Assembly (NCBI GenBank): GCA_002269645.1
Contig: NIVC01000045.1
Location: 124,001-188,000 of the forward strand
DNA from: Macrostomum lignano
Taxonomy: Eukaryota
Length of the DNA: 64,000 nucleotides
Reading direction: 5' to 3'
Made by a program: the position numbers and the translations under genes. Under the pieces are notes generated by a model, which did no database searches, was not told the origin of the DNA, and worked only from the letters and a program-made list of their open reading frames with translations. This document shows, piece by piece, positions 1 through 11,600 of the stretch (positions are counted from its first letter, which is position 1; each line of letters opens with the position of its first letter).

Positions 1-3000
1 ATGCTTCAGTTCTGTGCAAATTGCTGTCGAAAGAAAAAGCAGCAACGCTCTTTAAGGACCTGTTAGTTAATTCAAAAACACATGCTCACCTCATTCACAC
101 TTTCTCAGGTCAGTATGATCTCAGTCCTGAAGACAAAGAGATAAGCAGCCTGCCAGACGGACAGACAATGTTGGATGTGATTGAAAAGATATCGAATACG
201 CGTAAAGACGTTCTTATTAAGCAGAGAGTTAATCCGCAATCTTGCGACAACGCAGAGCATGGAGAGACATGCTTGCACTTTGCTTGCGCATACGGACATC
301 AGGAAAATATTTTCTTTCTATTGTGGAATGGTCTGAGCCTTTGGTCTGAGTCCCATTCAGGACGGACTTGCGTTGACTACGCCTTCGAAAACGGAAACTT
401 TGATGATCTTGTCGAAGCAGCTTGGTGCTACAATAAAGCATATGATGAGGAACAGGAACGGAACTCCGTTACGAACGGTTCAGACGATACAAAATCTCAA
501 AACACTCGCAAGGCGATAAAAATGACAGACATTTGGCGTTTGCTAGATCCGCCTCAAAGAGCGCTTCAGCTTCCTTACAGACAAGCTGCGAGAATGACTC
601 TGGTGTCAATAACCAACGACTATGGAACTACAAAGTTAGCAGCTCCGAGCTCCAACACAAAAAAGCAAAAAACCGACAAGATGGTTTTGATCAGAGCGCT
701 CGAAATGGACTCCAGAAAGATATTTCGCGCGGCTCTGAGTCTAAAAATGATCACGCGAGAAACGGAGACACTATTCATTCCAAGCTTTATTGACACACTT
801 AAGCGAGAGGAAGGCATCCGGAAATCTTTTTCGCGACAGAACATGTTCAAGAATATGCCTCACGTTGATGCCACCTCGGAATTGGCACTGATAGACTTGG
901 CCGCGTTCTTCTACCGCGACGAGATCCTGCCCGATCTGATTTTGACTCGACAGTTCGAGCTGATTCCGTGCTGCCTCAGCTTGCTCATCCAGCTTGATCC
1001 CGAAATCATCAAGATGCGAGCCAAGGCAAAAGGCAAGCATGAGCAACTGCTGCAACTGCAGAAGAAAGTCACAAACATTGCAATGAACGCACTGAATGAG
1101 CTGTTTATTAACGCCAACAATATCGAAAGCGAGCTACTCTTCAAGTATATTGACGGAAAAATATTGCATCCTGATGGTATTGGTGAAAATGGAGTCGTTA
1201 GCAAAGATAAAAGTTTCAAAGGACCCAAATTTCCATATAGGAGCGGAACTGGAGACAATGCTCGTATCAAATACGGAAGCGTGCTAGAGCTGGTAAAAGC
1301 CACCAACAGCCCAGATCTGTTTGCCACTGACTGCATCTACTCGTGGACGAAAAAGAAATGGAGAAAGCCTATTTCCCAGTGCTCAAAAGGACACGGCAGC
1401 TCTCAAAATTGCTGCCCTAGCTTTTTCAGCTGCAGGCCAAGATTTTCAAGACCTGATTCTCCACGAGCCAAGTTCTGTACCCACACTGCCGCATTCGTTG
1501 TGTTCCTTGGATTCTTCGGCTGGTACATTCTGAACTTTCAATTCAGCTTTCCACAGCCACAGTTCGATGCAATTTTGGTAGCATATCTGCTTTCATTCAG
1601 TTTGCAAGAAGCAACTGAAATCTGGAGACAACGCAAAGCAAGAGAAAATTGCAAGATTGGCCCGCATGTACGGTCTGTTCCCGCATACCTGGTTGACTGG
1701 CTTAATATTGTGGATATTTTGGCAGTTTTATTCCTTCTAGCTGGTCTGATTGCACGGTGGTCCTATTTTTTCGGTGGTTTTAAGATGCATGACGCCTATT
1801 CCTGCCAGATGATATTGAGCACTTCCTTTGCACTTTTCTGTTTGCGATCAGTATCGTTTCTTAGTTACTTCGAGGGCGTCGGACCAATGATCAACATGCT
1901 CTGGAGTTTAATTTTCTACGACTTGATACCGTTCCTGACAATTTTGTTCGTCATATTTTGGTGCTTTGGTGTCTTCTTCACGTGCCTGCTGTTTTCTTTT
2001 GCGTGGGCCCCCGCTGCGCACGAGAAAAATCCGTATTTTGGGTGGGAAGTCTTTGTTCAAGCTTCAACCCTACCATTTAACTTGTTGTTTACGAATTATG
2101 ACAAGATTGACTTCAGTTATTCTACAGACAGCACCAAACTCGGAGAAGTCGCCATCAAAGAAGGCTATGAGTGGTTTTACCATGTGCTGATATTCATTTT
2201 CATGGGCCTGGCCAATGTGGTGATGATGAACCTGCTGATCGCGCTCTTTAATTTGCGAGTCACCCAAATGTACGGCGTGGCCATTGGGATCTGGAGAAAG
2301 AAATGTTTTCAGATGCTGCAGGAGTACAAGGAGTTGACAGCTGTTCCACCGCCGTTCAGTTTCATATTTTACATTTATAAATTTCTAAAGCGTGGTTGTA
2401 AGAAGATTTGTAAGAACCGTGGCGCGAATAATGCTGTTTCTGATCAAGATGACGACAGTGCTACCAACAGGAGCGATGATGTAAGTTTACCATTTTTTAC
2501 CTGCAATAGTGCATACAGCTCCAAAGTTCAAATTTTGGACTGGATCAGGAAAAACTGATAAAATAAAACAATATTTTTTACTACTGGGAGACATCCAAAA
2601 ATTAGCCATAAACTTTCACTCTTCGATTTCAGATCGACGGTCGAAAATGGTGGCTGGACAAGAACTCCTATCCAGTGGACTACATTCGATTTCTGGAGTT
2701 CCAGGCGATTCAGTTCCGTCGGTGCCGCTCCCGTCTTCTGCGCGACACTCAGTGGAACAGAAACGACTTCGACGTAGTAAAGGCGCACACGGCAAACGAG
2801 CTGGCAGATTTAAAGATGGAAGTCCAGGAGATGCTTGAAGACTTACAGAGTCAAAGGAAAGAAACTAAAGATCAGAATGATCGACATGATCACAGTGGCC
2901 ATTCGCCAAATCGAAAGGAAGCGGACTCTGGGGAACCAGCGGCGACGCAAAAACAGGATTCGACACAGTCGAAGCAAGAAAACGTTGAAATTTTAAATGT

Positions 3001-3145
3001 GCTGGAACAGCTTCAGCAGCTAAGGAGTGACAGCCGAGACAATCGAGACGCAATGAAGCGACAAAGGAGCAGAATAAAGAACATAGAATCAAAACTGGAG
3101 CAAGTTATTGACCTTGTCAAGCCCCAGCATAGCCCACCGACATAA
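1..3145 (+). CDS. Ankyrin-repeat TRPM-like channel, paralog 1 (5' truncated by window edge); exons <1..2480, 2633..3145
   Basis: ORF 21..2558 is open from the window edge (ASVLCKLLSKE matches paralog 3). It has ankyrin motifs (GETCLHFACAYGH, GRTCVDYAFENG), TM helices (SPRAKF.., DWLNIVD, GPMINML, NVVMMNLLIALFN) and a TRP-box-like IWRKKCFQMLQEY..PPPF. Donor GTAAGT at 2481, acceptor TTTCAG at 2632, phase 0, joining in frame to ORF 2675..3145 (coiled-coil tail). Confidence 0.9.
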
Positions 3146-5026
3146 ATTTGATGGGCACTAATTGTTTGTATAACTTTTTTATTTCGATTACATCGATTCA
3201 GTTTACAGGTATTTTCGGGTCGCGTTGGCGTTAAAATTTCAGAAATGCTGTTCTTATTCCTTTAAAAGCTATATATTCCTTTAAAGATCAACTTCCACGG
3301 TTCCTATCACAAAATGTATATTTTCTATAGGTAGCTAGAGCACACTAATTAAGTGTATTGTAATACCAAAAGTGGTCTATTTTCGATATCCTAATACATA
3401 ACTTGGAATAGCAAATTGTGTTTAAATAAGCTACAAATCTTGAAACATTTGTCCGGGGACTTTTGTAACTTCGGCAATAGCTACGAGCACGGCTTGTTCT
3501 GGCTTAGAGCGAGCCGCGTGAAACAGAGATACTTGAAGTAGTATAAGCTGTGTTTTTTAGTTTACTATCAAACCAAAATAAAAAAATGGTTTTAATAAAA
3601 TTGGATTTGTAGCTTACCTTTATCAAATCTGAACTAAAATATTTTTTATAATTACATAATTAGAAACAAGAAACTAACTGAATGAATGAACTTTGCTTTT
3701 TATTAGCTGGTAGTAGAGTAGCTTTTCGCTCGCTTTTTTGTTATTCTTTTTTTGTTACTTGATGTTTAGGTAATTTAACGCTCATGAAAATCGTTTGAGT
3801 CGTTTTTTTTCTTATCGATCATATATATTTATAGATAGATGGACAAGTAGATACCTACCTACCTACCGAAAAACCGTTTTTAGTATACTAGATTTTAGAC
3901 TTTCACTTCACTGACTCTACACATGTAACTAGGTATTTAGTTTCTGTGACGTTTTCTTTTTTTCCTTGTGTCTATGTGTGGAACTCAGATTTGTAGAATG
4001 TAGAAGTTTGTTATATTTTTTTCAGTAGTAGATTAGAGAAGCTTATTTCTAAAAGCTCATAAAGATTTCTGACTTTATTTATCCAAGAATACATTCCATT
4101 CGATTGAATTGATTGCGTAAACCCTGTTTTTCCTTGACCACTCTAGAGAAATTTTGAAAACTCATTGATTTTGTTTATTTGAGTTGTACATAAAGTCAAG
4201 GACTACTAGACTAGAAGGACGCAACATTTTTACACGAATCGAGAGTGTTACGTCCTATATAACGAAGTGTTCCTAGTGGTCCTTGCATAAAGTTTATTCG
4301 ATAGATTTTTGTGTAAAATTTCATCGAAACGATGTTTAGCGTGTGCGACTCCTGCGTATGTCGTCAGAAAATTTAAAAGTACGAAAAAAGTAGTAGAAAA
4401 AACTTTTTTGATGGTTGTAGAACTTTTTGGCGAGACTACAATGCTATTATATTTAACAATTTTTGCTCTAATTTTCCTCAGTTTTTTATCTTGATTGTAA
4501 TTTTTTATTTGTCGTAATTTTTATGCCTAATGACTATGAGGCAAATTCAAGAATTCCTTTAAGATTTTTAACAGCAAGCCCCTTTCTGCATAAATATTCA
4601 GCTTAATTATTTTTTATTAAATTAATCAAGATGCTAACCAAAATATAACACCTTCAAGAATATTTATAATATCAAAATACAATAAAATGAGTCTAAGCTT
4701 TATTATTATAGCCATTTTCGAGCCTAAAATACTTTTTTTTCAGAAATTTTGTATGATGAAACTCTCGATCAGGTGATCCATACATAGTACTACTAGGGAT
4801 TCCGTATTCTGTACAGCGGCATGGTTTGATCCCCAAATCGTCATCGCAAGCAAGACCGCGAATTTTTGTGGATATACGGCTTTGTTATAAAGAAAGAAGG
4901 CGACTGGGCCGATTTGCTTAACGCACGGCGGCCGGGCTCACTGACACAGGAACGTCGTCGCTATAATACACTTTGCCAATGTACACCGGTTACTTCCTCT
5001 CAAGCAGGCCCTACAGCCGCGTGTTA

Positions 5027-5110
5027 AGTCAGGGTTAGGGTTTAGGTAGTGTTAGGCTTAGTGTAGGGTTAGGGCTAGGTTAAAGATTAAGTTCAGGCTT
5101 AGAGTTTGGA
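5027..5110 (+). repeat. Degenerate TTAGGG-like (telomere-like) tract, interstitial
   Basis: gggttagggtttaggtagtgttaggcttagtgtagggttagggctagg read directly. Confidence 0.6.
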
Positions 5111-5552
5111 TTAATCTTCTCGAGTTATTACATGTATCTGTCGGAGCTGTGAAAGAGGCTCCGAAACTAATTTTAGACTATTTTGTCAAATACACATTAT
5201 GAATAGTCGAAAATATAAAGTCCGTGGATACGCTTTTTGGAAATAAGAAATTTCGGAGACAAAGTTTCTGAGAAATGAAGTTTTGGAGATATGGAATTTA
5301 AGAGATAGGAAAGCGCATCGATTTCGGCTTGTTGGCATATTCAGTTTACTCGATAATTAAATGATGGTATGAGTGCGCTGTATGAGAGCTGTCAATCAAA
5401 ATTAGTAAAACATCAATTACGGCCCTGGAATTGATGTTTTATAGATCTCTGTTTATAGCTCATACATACATCTGGGTTGCTTTCACAACCGCGAAACTTC
5501 ACAACCGCTAAATGTTATCTACTTTCACAACCGCGAAACTTCATAACCTTCA

Positions 5553-6088
5553 TGGGCTGACCATGGACCAACAGCCTTTACTGTGGGTAATTTTTTGGAG
5601 TCTATGGCAAAAGAAAAGTTTTGTGCTGCATAGTAGCTGTTCCTGCCGAGCACTGACCATTTACGAAAAGTGAGTGAAAAAAAGTCCTACTGATCTGCAA
5701 TGGAATGCAGCGACTCGGTTTCAGCATTCTCTGTGATGATATCATCAGTCTCAGAATCCGATGTATGCAAAATGTCCATGGTTGTAGCTGATTTACTTTT
5801 CAATAAAATGATGCACTACTAGAATTAAATGCTTATTAAGTAGGTACAGTGCTTTCTCTTTCAAAAAGGCCTGCTTGCAAATTTGAAAGTGAACAGTAGT
5901 GTCTATAGCTAGATACCAAGTGTCCACAATGCATAATCTATTTAGAGAGCATTAAGTAAAATTCACTTTGAAACGGCTTTTTTCGACCCTAGATTTGTCC
6001 AAGCCAAGTCCAAAATGCTCCCTTCTCGGCTAGAGAGGCTTTGCACAGCGGCGCAATAAGATTCCAGCTATAGTCTATGGTCAGCCCA
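5553..6088. mobile_element. Possible MITE with 16-bp inverted ends
   Basis: TGGGCTGACCATGGAC at 5553 and GTCTATGGTCAGCCCA ending 6088 (one mismatch); no TSD found. Confidence 0.35.
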
Positions 6089-7277
6089 GCTGATCATGTC
6101 GGCAAGAACGGAGCTTTTGTATTTCTAGCTCCGGCGCGAAAAGGTTATACCGGCCGGCCGTATTCTCGTAGTCTAGATCGGTTACTGTTTGTTGCACTTT
6201 TTGTCACATTTAGCAAACAACCCTAATATACCCTTATCGGTCTGAATTGCGAACCCAATTTTAAATTACAACTCAGCTTAAAATCACATAGCTACTGAAT
6301 GATAAACTGAAGGTCTGTTTTTGACGCACGTGACGCCTCTCTCTAGACAGAATTGTTATTAATAATCAAGTAGCTCTTTAGCATATTGGACATGTACCAG
6401 TAGCTCATATGATCAGAAGCATTCAAAAAATATCGTTTGTTTAACTTTAAAACATCTTTCCGGCTTTTTTGCTGAGACGATAGTTTGCTATTTTCAATTT
6501 TTCCGCGGTAAATATAGTTAGCCTAGCTTGACCTGACTTAAATATATCAACAATCTCAACAACAATATCTCATGTGAAAGAATAAGACTCTTAAGGCTCT
6601 CACTGCAGAGCAGGGACAGCTTCGCCCGTTGCATACAAGCAAAATAGCTCGTGCATGGAAAATAGTGGAGGCCATACTAAAATAAAAACCCAGAAAGATA
6701 AAACTATAAATCATATTCGGCAGAGAAAAGAAGCAAGTGCTGCGAAGAAGCTACTAACTATTGAGCAGAGAGCGAGTGCGGTTGCTGTGATACCGAACAG
6801 CTTCACCCTACCCTGCTCAGTCTACTCTCGGCGTCAAAGAGCTCAAAACAGGTTGGTATATTTCACTGCTTCATGCTAGGTTAGCTTAGAAGTGCAATAA
6901 AATGGGCTAGAGAAGTAACGAAGCTTGCGTTGTGATTCAAACAGTGAAAACAATTTGCAGCGCTTGAGGTTGAATCCGAATCTTGTCCGTAAAAAAGCCT
7001 GAAGAGTTTTTAGAAACTATTCGACTGTCGTTAGAATTTACTGAATTATAGGATTAACAAATATTTCCACTAAATTTTTAACTAAATAACACGTTGAAAT
7101 TTAGGTTTCTTTCTTAAAGATGCGAGAATACTGTTACCTAAAGAATTTGTGAATTTTTGTTTACGATGCCCAAAACAGAAATTTTGATATTTTGAATAGA
7201 AACGAGCATTTACTTAGTTATCCGCTTGCAGCTAGTTGTCCAAAATTAATCAATAAGGGTTAAGTGGTTTTAATTAG

Positions 7278-7700
<423 letters not shown>

Positions 7701-8618
7701 TATTGACGATTTCTCAAAAAAATTACAGTATCCATGAAAGCCCAATACGCTCGTACCTTCCGCAACATTTAATTACTTCTTTCAACTTGAAACACGAAAT
7801 TCTATACGACTGTGTGCTTCGCATATTTCTGCTTGAAGTAGACGGGTGGCGTCACTAAAATTAGTCCCATTACTTCATAAATTCCAAGCTGCTTTATTTT
7901 TTAGCCTTCAATTAAAAAAGTAAAAAAAGCATATCGCTGATTGCTTAGGTACAATTAAGGTCACTTCTGCTTTCTCTGTTATAGCTAGCTAGTTACTCTT
8001 CTGCTTCTGCTCATAAACTACTGGAACAATCCTATTCGTTTTGGAACAACTTCTACCTTCATTTTTTTCTTTTCAGAGCCGTTTCAGTGGCAGTAAAATA
8101 TCATTGACTTGCCGAGAGCAATAGCAGAAGCACACTTTGCGCCTGGGGCGCCAGAGGTAAAATTAGCTGATTATTTCATTGTGTTTTATTCGAGGTCAAG
8201 TGTAGTATGATTACTTGATAATTAATATCAGACGTCTAAGACTGTACTGTAATCCGTATTCGTACTTAATCATCCTTAGCTGTCGTAGCTCGTAGACATT
8301 TTACCCACGTTTGTTGTTAATTGAATTGTTAGACCTCATTGTCTAAGTCCTCGGATCAGCCGTGGAGGGGCTCTGCCGATTAATTATAAATTTAAAGCGA
8401 TTAATTTTGGTTATTCAAATATAAAAATTAAGAATATTTATATTTATATGTACATTTGGATATAAAAAATTGCACTAAATATTTACCCATATTTACCCCT
8501 ATTACCCATGTTTACAACAGTTTTGTTGCAAATTAACAGCCCCAAAAATGCCAAAATTTTTAGCCAACTTGATCGCCAATTTTCAGTGAGTCGCTGCTGA
8601 ACACTCGAAAGCACCTGC

Positions 8619-11600
8619 ATGACAATGGAGGAAAAAGATAAATGTTGGATCGAAAGTCCAATTAGCTACTGGGATGAAGAGGAGATCGACGTTAATCCTT
8701 GCAAAAGGCTTCTTTACTTAACTAAACAATACGATTTTGAAAAAGCCATTCAGTGTCTCAGAAACTTTGCATCATATGAAACTAAGCCACATCTTTTGCC
8801 AGATGAATTTCTCAGAACAGCCGCTCACTACGCAGCCATGCATCAGGATGGAGAGGCTGCGCTTACTGAAATAGTTAAGAAAGTCGATTCGGATTGCCTG
8901 ACAACTCCCGATGAGGACAAAATAACTCCTTTACACTTGTCGGCCCGTTATCACTCAGACAAGTCTTGGCAGCAGAACTTCGAACTCACCCAGAGAACTA
9001 ACAATGAGCTTCGATTTAGCCTATCCCGGTTCAAAGATTCAAATGGAGACACGTGCGCTCATTGGGCTGCCAGAAACGCTCAAAACCCGAAAATGGTATT
9101 GACAGTTAGAGAAAAATCGTCCAGTGTTTGCTGGAACTGGAAGAACAGTAGAAATGAGACTGTATTGCACTATGCTCTCCAGTATTGCTCTCAAATGAGT
9201 TCTCTTACGGAGATTCTAAAGCAAAGGGACATCGAAAGCTACATGTTTGCCGAAGAGGATGTCGATGGCAACACCGCCGCCCATTTCGCCGCGAGGAATG
9301 AAAACTCTGGCTATCGACACTTTAGAAAGATATCTAAAATGCGTACCGATAGTTCTGCTAATCACTGGCTAAAATGTATGAACAAAAAGGACGAAACTGT
9401 TCTTCACTTGGCTGCTCTGCATGGCAGTCCCAGTTTGGCATCGAAGCTGATTCAACTAGCTTCTGAAAATCCTAAGACCTTGCGAGAATGGTATGAATTG
9501 AAAGACAAGCAGGGAAACACGTTCCTGCACGCATTGGCTCGGAGCGAAGGAAAAGATTCCGTGCTTTTGGAGGCTCTTAACTTGAAAGCAGCAAGCCCTA
9601 ATCAAAAGCAGCCTAAACGACAAGAGCTGATAGCGTCGCTGGAACAAAATATGCCAGAAAACGCGCCTCAACCGCAGGAAAATCAAGAAAACCAAGCAAA
9701 AGCACAGCATGAAAAAAGCCGTTCTGTTGCATCTACCGCCTCACAGGGCCGGCAGCCAGACAACTCAGATGTTTCTCGTGTATTGCTTTGCCAAAACAAG
9801 CGCAAATCCACAGTTCTTCATTATGCTGTCGAAAACTGCGAGCGGGAAACTATTGAGAAGCTGCTAAAAGCTATGAAGACGCTTGCCGGAATTCTAATCT
9901 GCTGTGACAAAGCGGGAAACACAGTCTTCCACATTGCTGCTAAAAGAACCGATAAAACTGAAGTCCTAAAGCTCCTGCTTAAATCCCTTAGATTAACTAC
10001 GGTCGAGCAGGTTGCCCCGATTATGAGAAAAAGAAACAACAAAAACCGATCCGTGTTTCATTTTGCGATTGACGCAATGGACCCTTCGGATTCCGATGAT
10101 TCGACTCCAAATGATCCTCCGCTGTCTCAGGAGGATCAGCTGTCTCAGGAGTGGACCATTAAACGCCTGATTACGAGCAAAGCAATTTCAAAAGAGGAGC
10201 TCCAACGCACTGACAGAGCAGGAAACACGCTTTTGCATTCGCTGATGCAGAGCCAACTCACCTATGATGGATTCGAACAGGACATTTTGGATCGATTCAA
10301 GCTGCTTGTTAAAAATAAAGTCAAAAAGACTGCTCACAACAACCTCAATCTAAACTGTCTACATGCAACAAAACTGGATCCTTCAGTTCTGCACAAATTG
10401 TTGTCGAAAGAAGAAGCAGCAACGCTCTTTGAGGATCTATTAGTTAATTCAGCAACAGGTGCACACATCATTCACACTTTCTCAGGTCAGTATGATCTCA
10501 TTCCTAAAAGCAAGCAGACGCGCAGTGGTCCAGATGGGCAGACAATGCTGGATGTGATTGAAAAAGTATCGAATAAAGGAAAAGCAAAGGAGTCGAGTAC
10601 AGAAATAGAAAAAGAACCAAAGATAGACATTCTAATTAAGAAGAGAGTCAATCCGCCATCTTGCGAAAACGCAGAGCACGGAGAGACATGCTTGCACTTT
10701 GCTTGCGCTTACGGACATCAAGAAAATATTGCTTTTCTACTCCAGAAAGGCTTGAAAATTTGGTGCGAGTCCCATTCTGGACAGACGTGTGTTGACTACG
10801 CCTTTGACAACGGAAATTTAGATGAGTTCATTTTAGCCGTTCGCAAATACAATCGCAACCCAAACCTGTATACTCGGGAAAAAGATACTCAGAGTTCAGG
10901 TTCAGGGTCACCGCAACTAACTAACAACAAGGAGATTAAAATGACAGACATATGGCGCCTTCTTGATCCTCCTAAGCGAGCGCTTAAGCTTCCTGACAGG
11001 CAAGCCGCTAGAACAACTCTTGTAACCATTACAAATGACTATGAAACCACAAGAAACCAGCAAGAAAAAAAGAAGCAAAAGACCGACAGAATGGTTTTGA
11101 TCAGATCGTTGGAAATGGACTCCAGAAGAATATTTCGCGCCGCTCTCAGTCTGGACATTGTGACGCGCGAGACCGAGCCTGACTTCACCGAGTATTTCAT
11201 TGCAACACTGAGGATTGATGGAAATATCAGGAGAGCTTTTCAACAACAGAACATTTTCAAGCACATGGATCATGTTGATGACACTTTCGAGCTGGCACTT
11301 CTTGACTTGGCTGCCTTCTTCCACCGCGACGAGATCCTACCGGATCTGATTCTGACTCGACAGTTCGAGCTCATTCCGTGCTGCCTCAGCTTGCTCATCC
11401 GACTGGGCCCTGAAATCATCAAGATGCGAGCCAAGGCAGAAGGCAAGCATGAGCAGCTGCTGCAACTGCAGAAGAAAGTCACAAATATTGCAGTAAACGC
11501 ACTGAATGAGCTGTTCGAAAACGCTGACAGGACTGAGTTGGAGCTTCTGAACAAGTACATCAAAGGAGAAATTACGAACTGCTACAGTAGCCATGACCGA

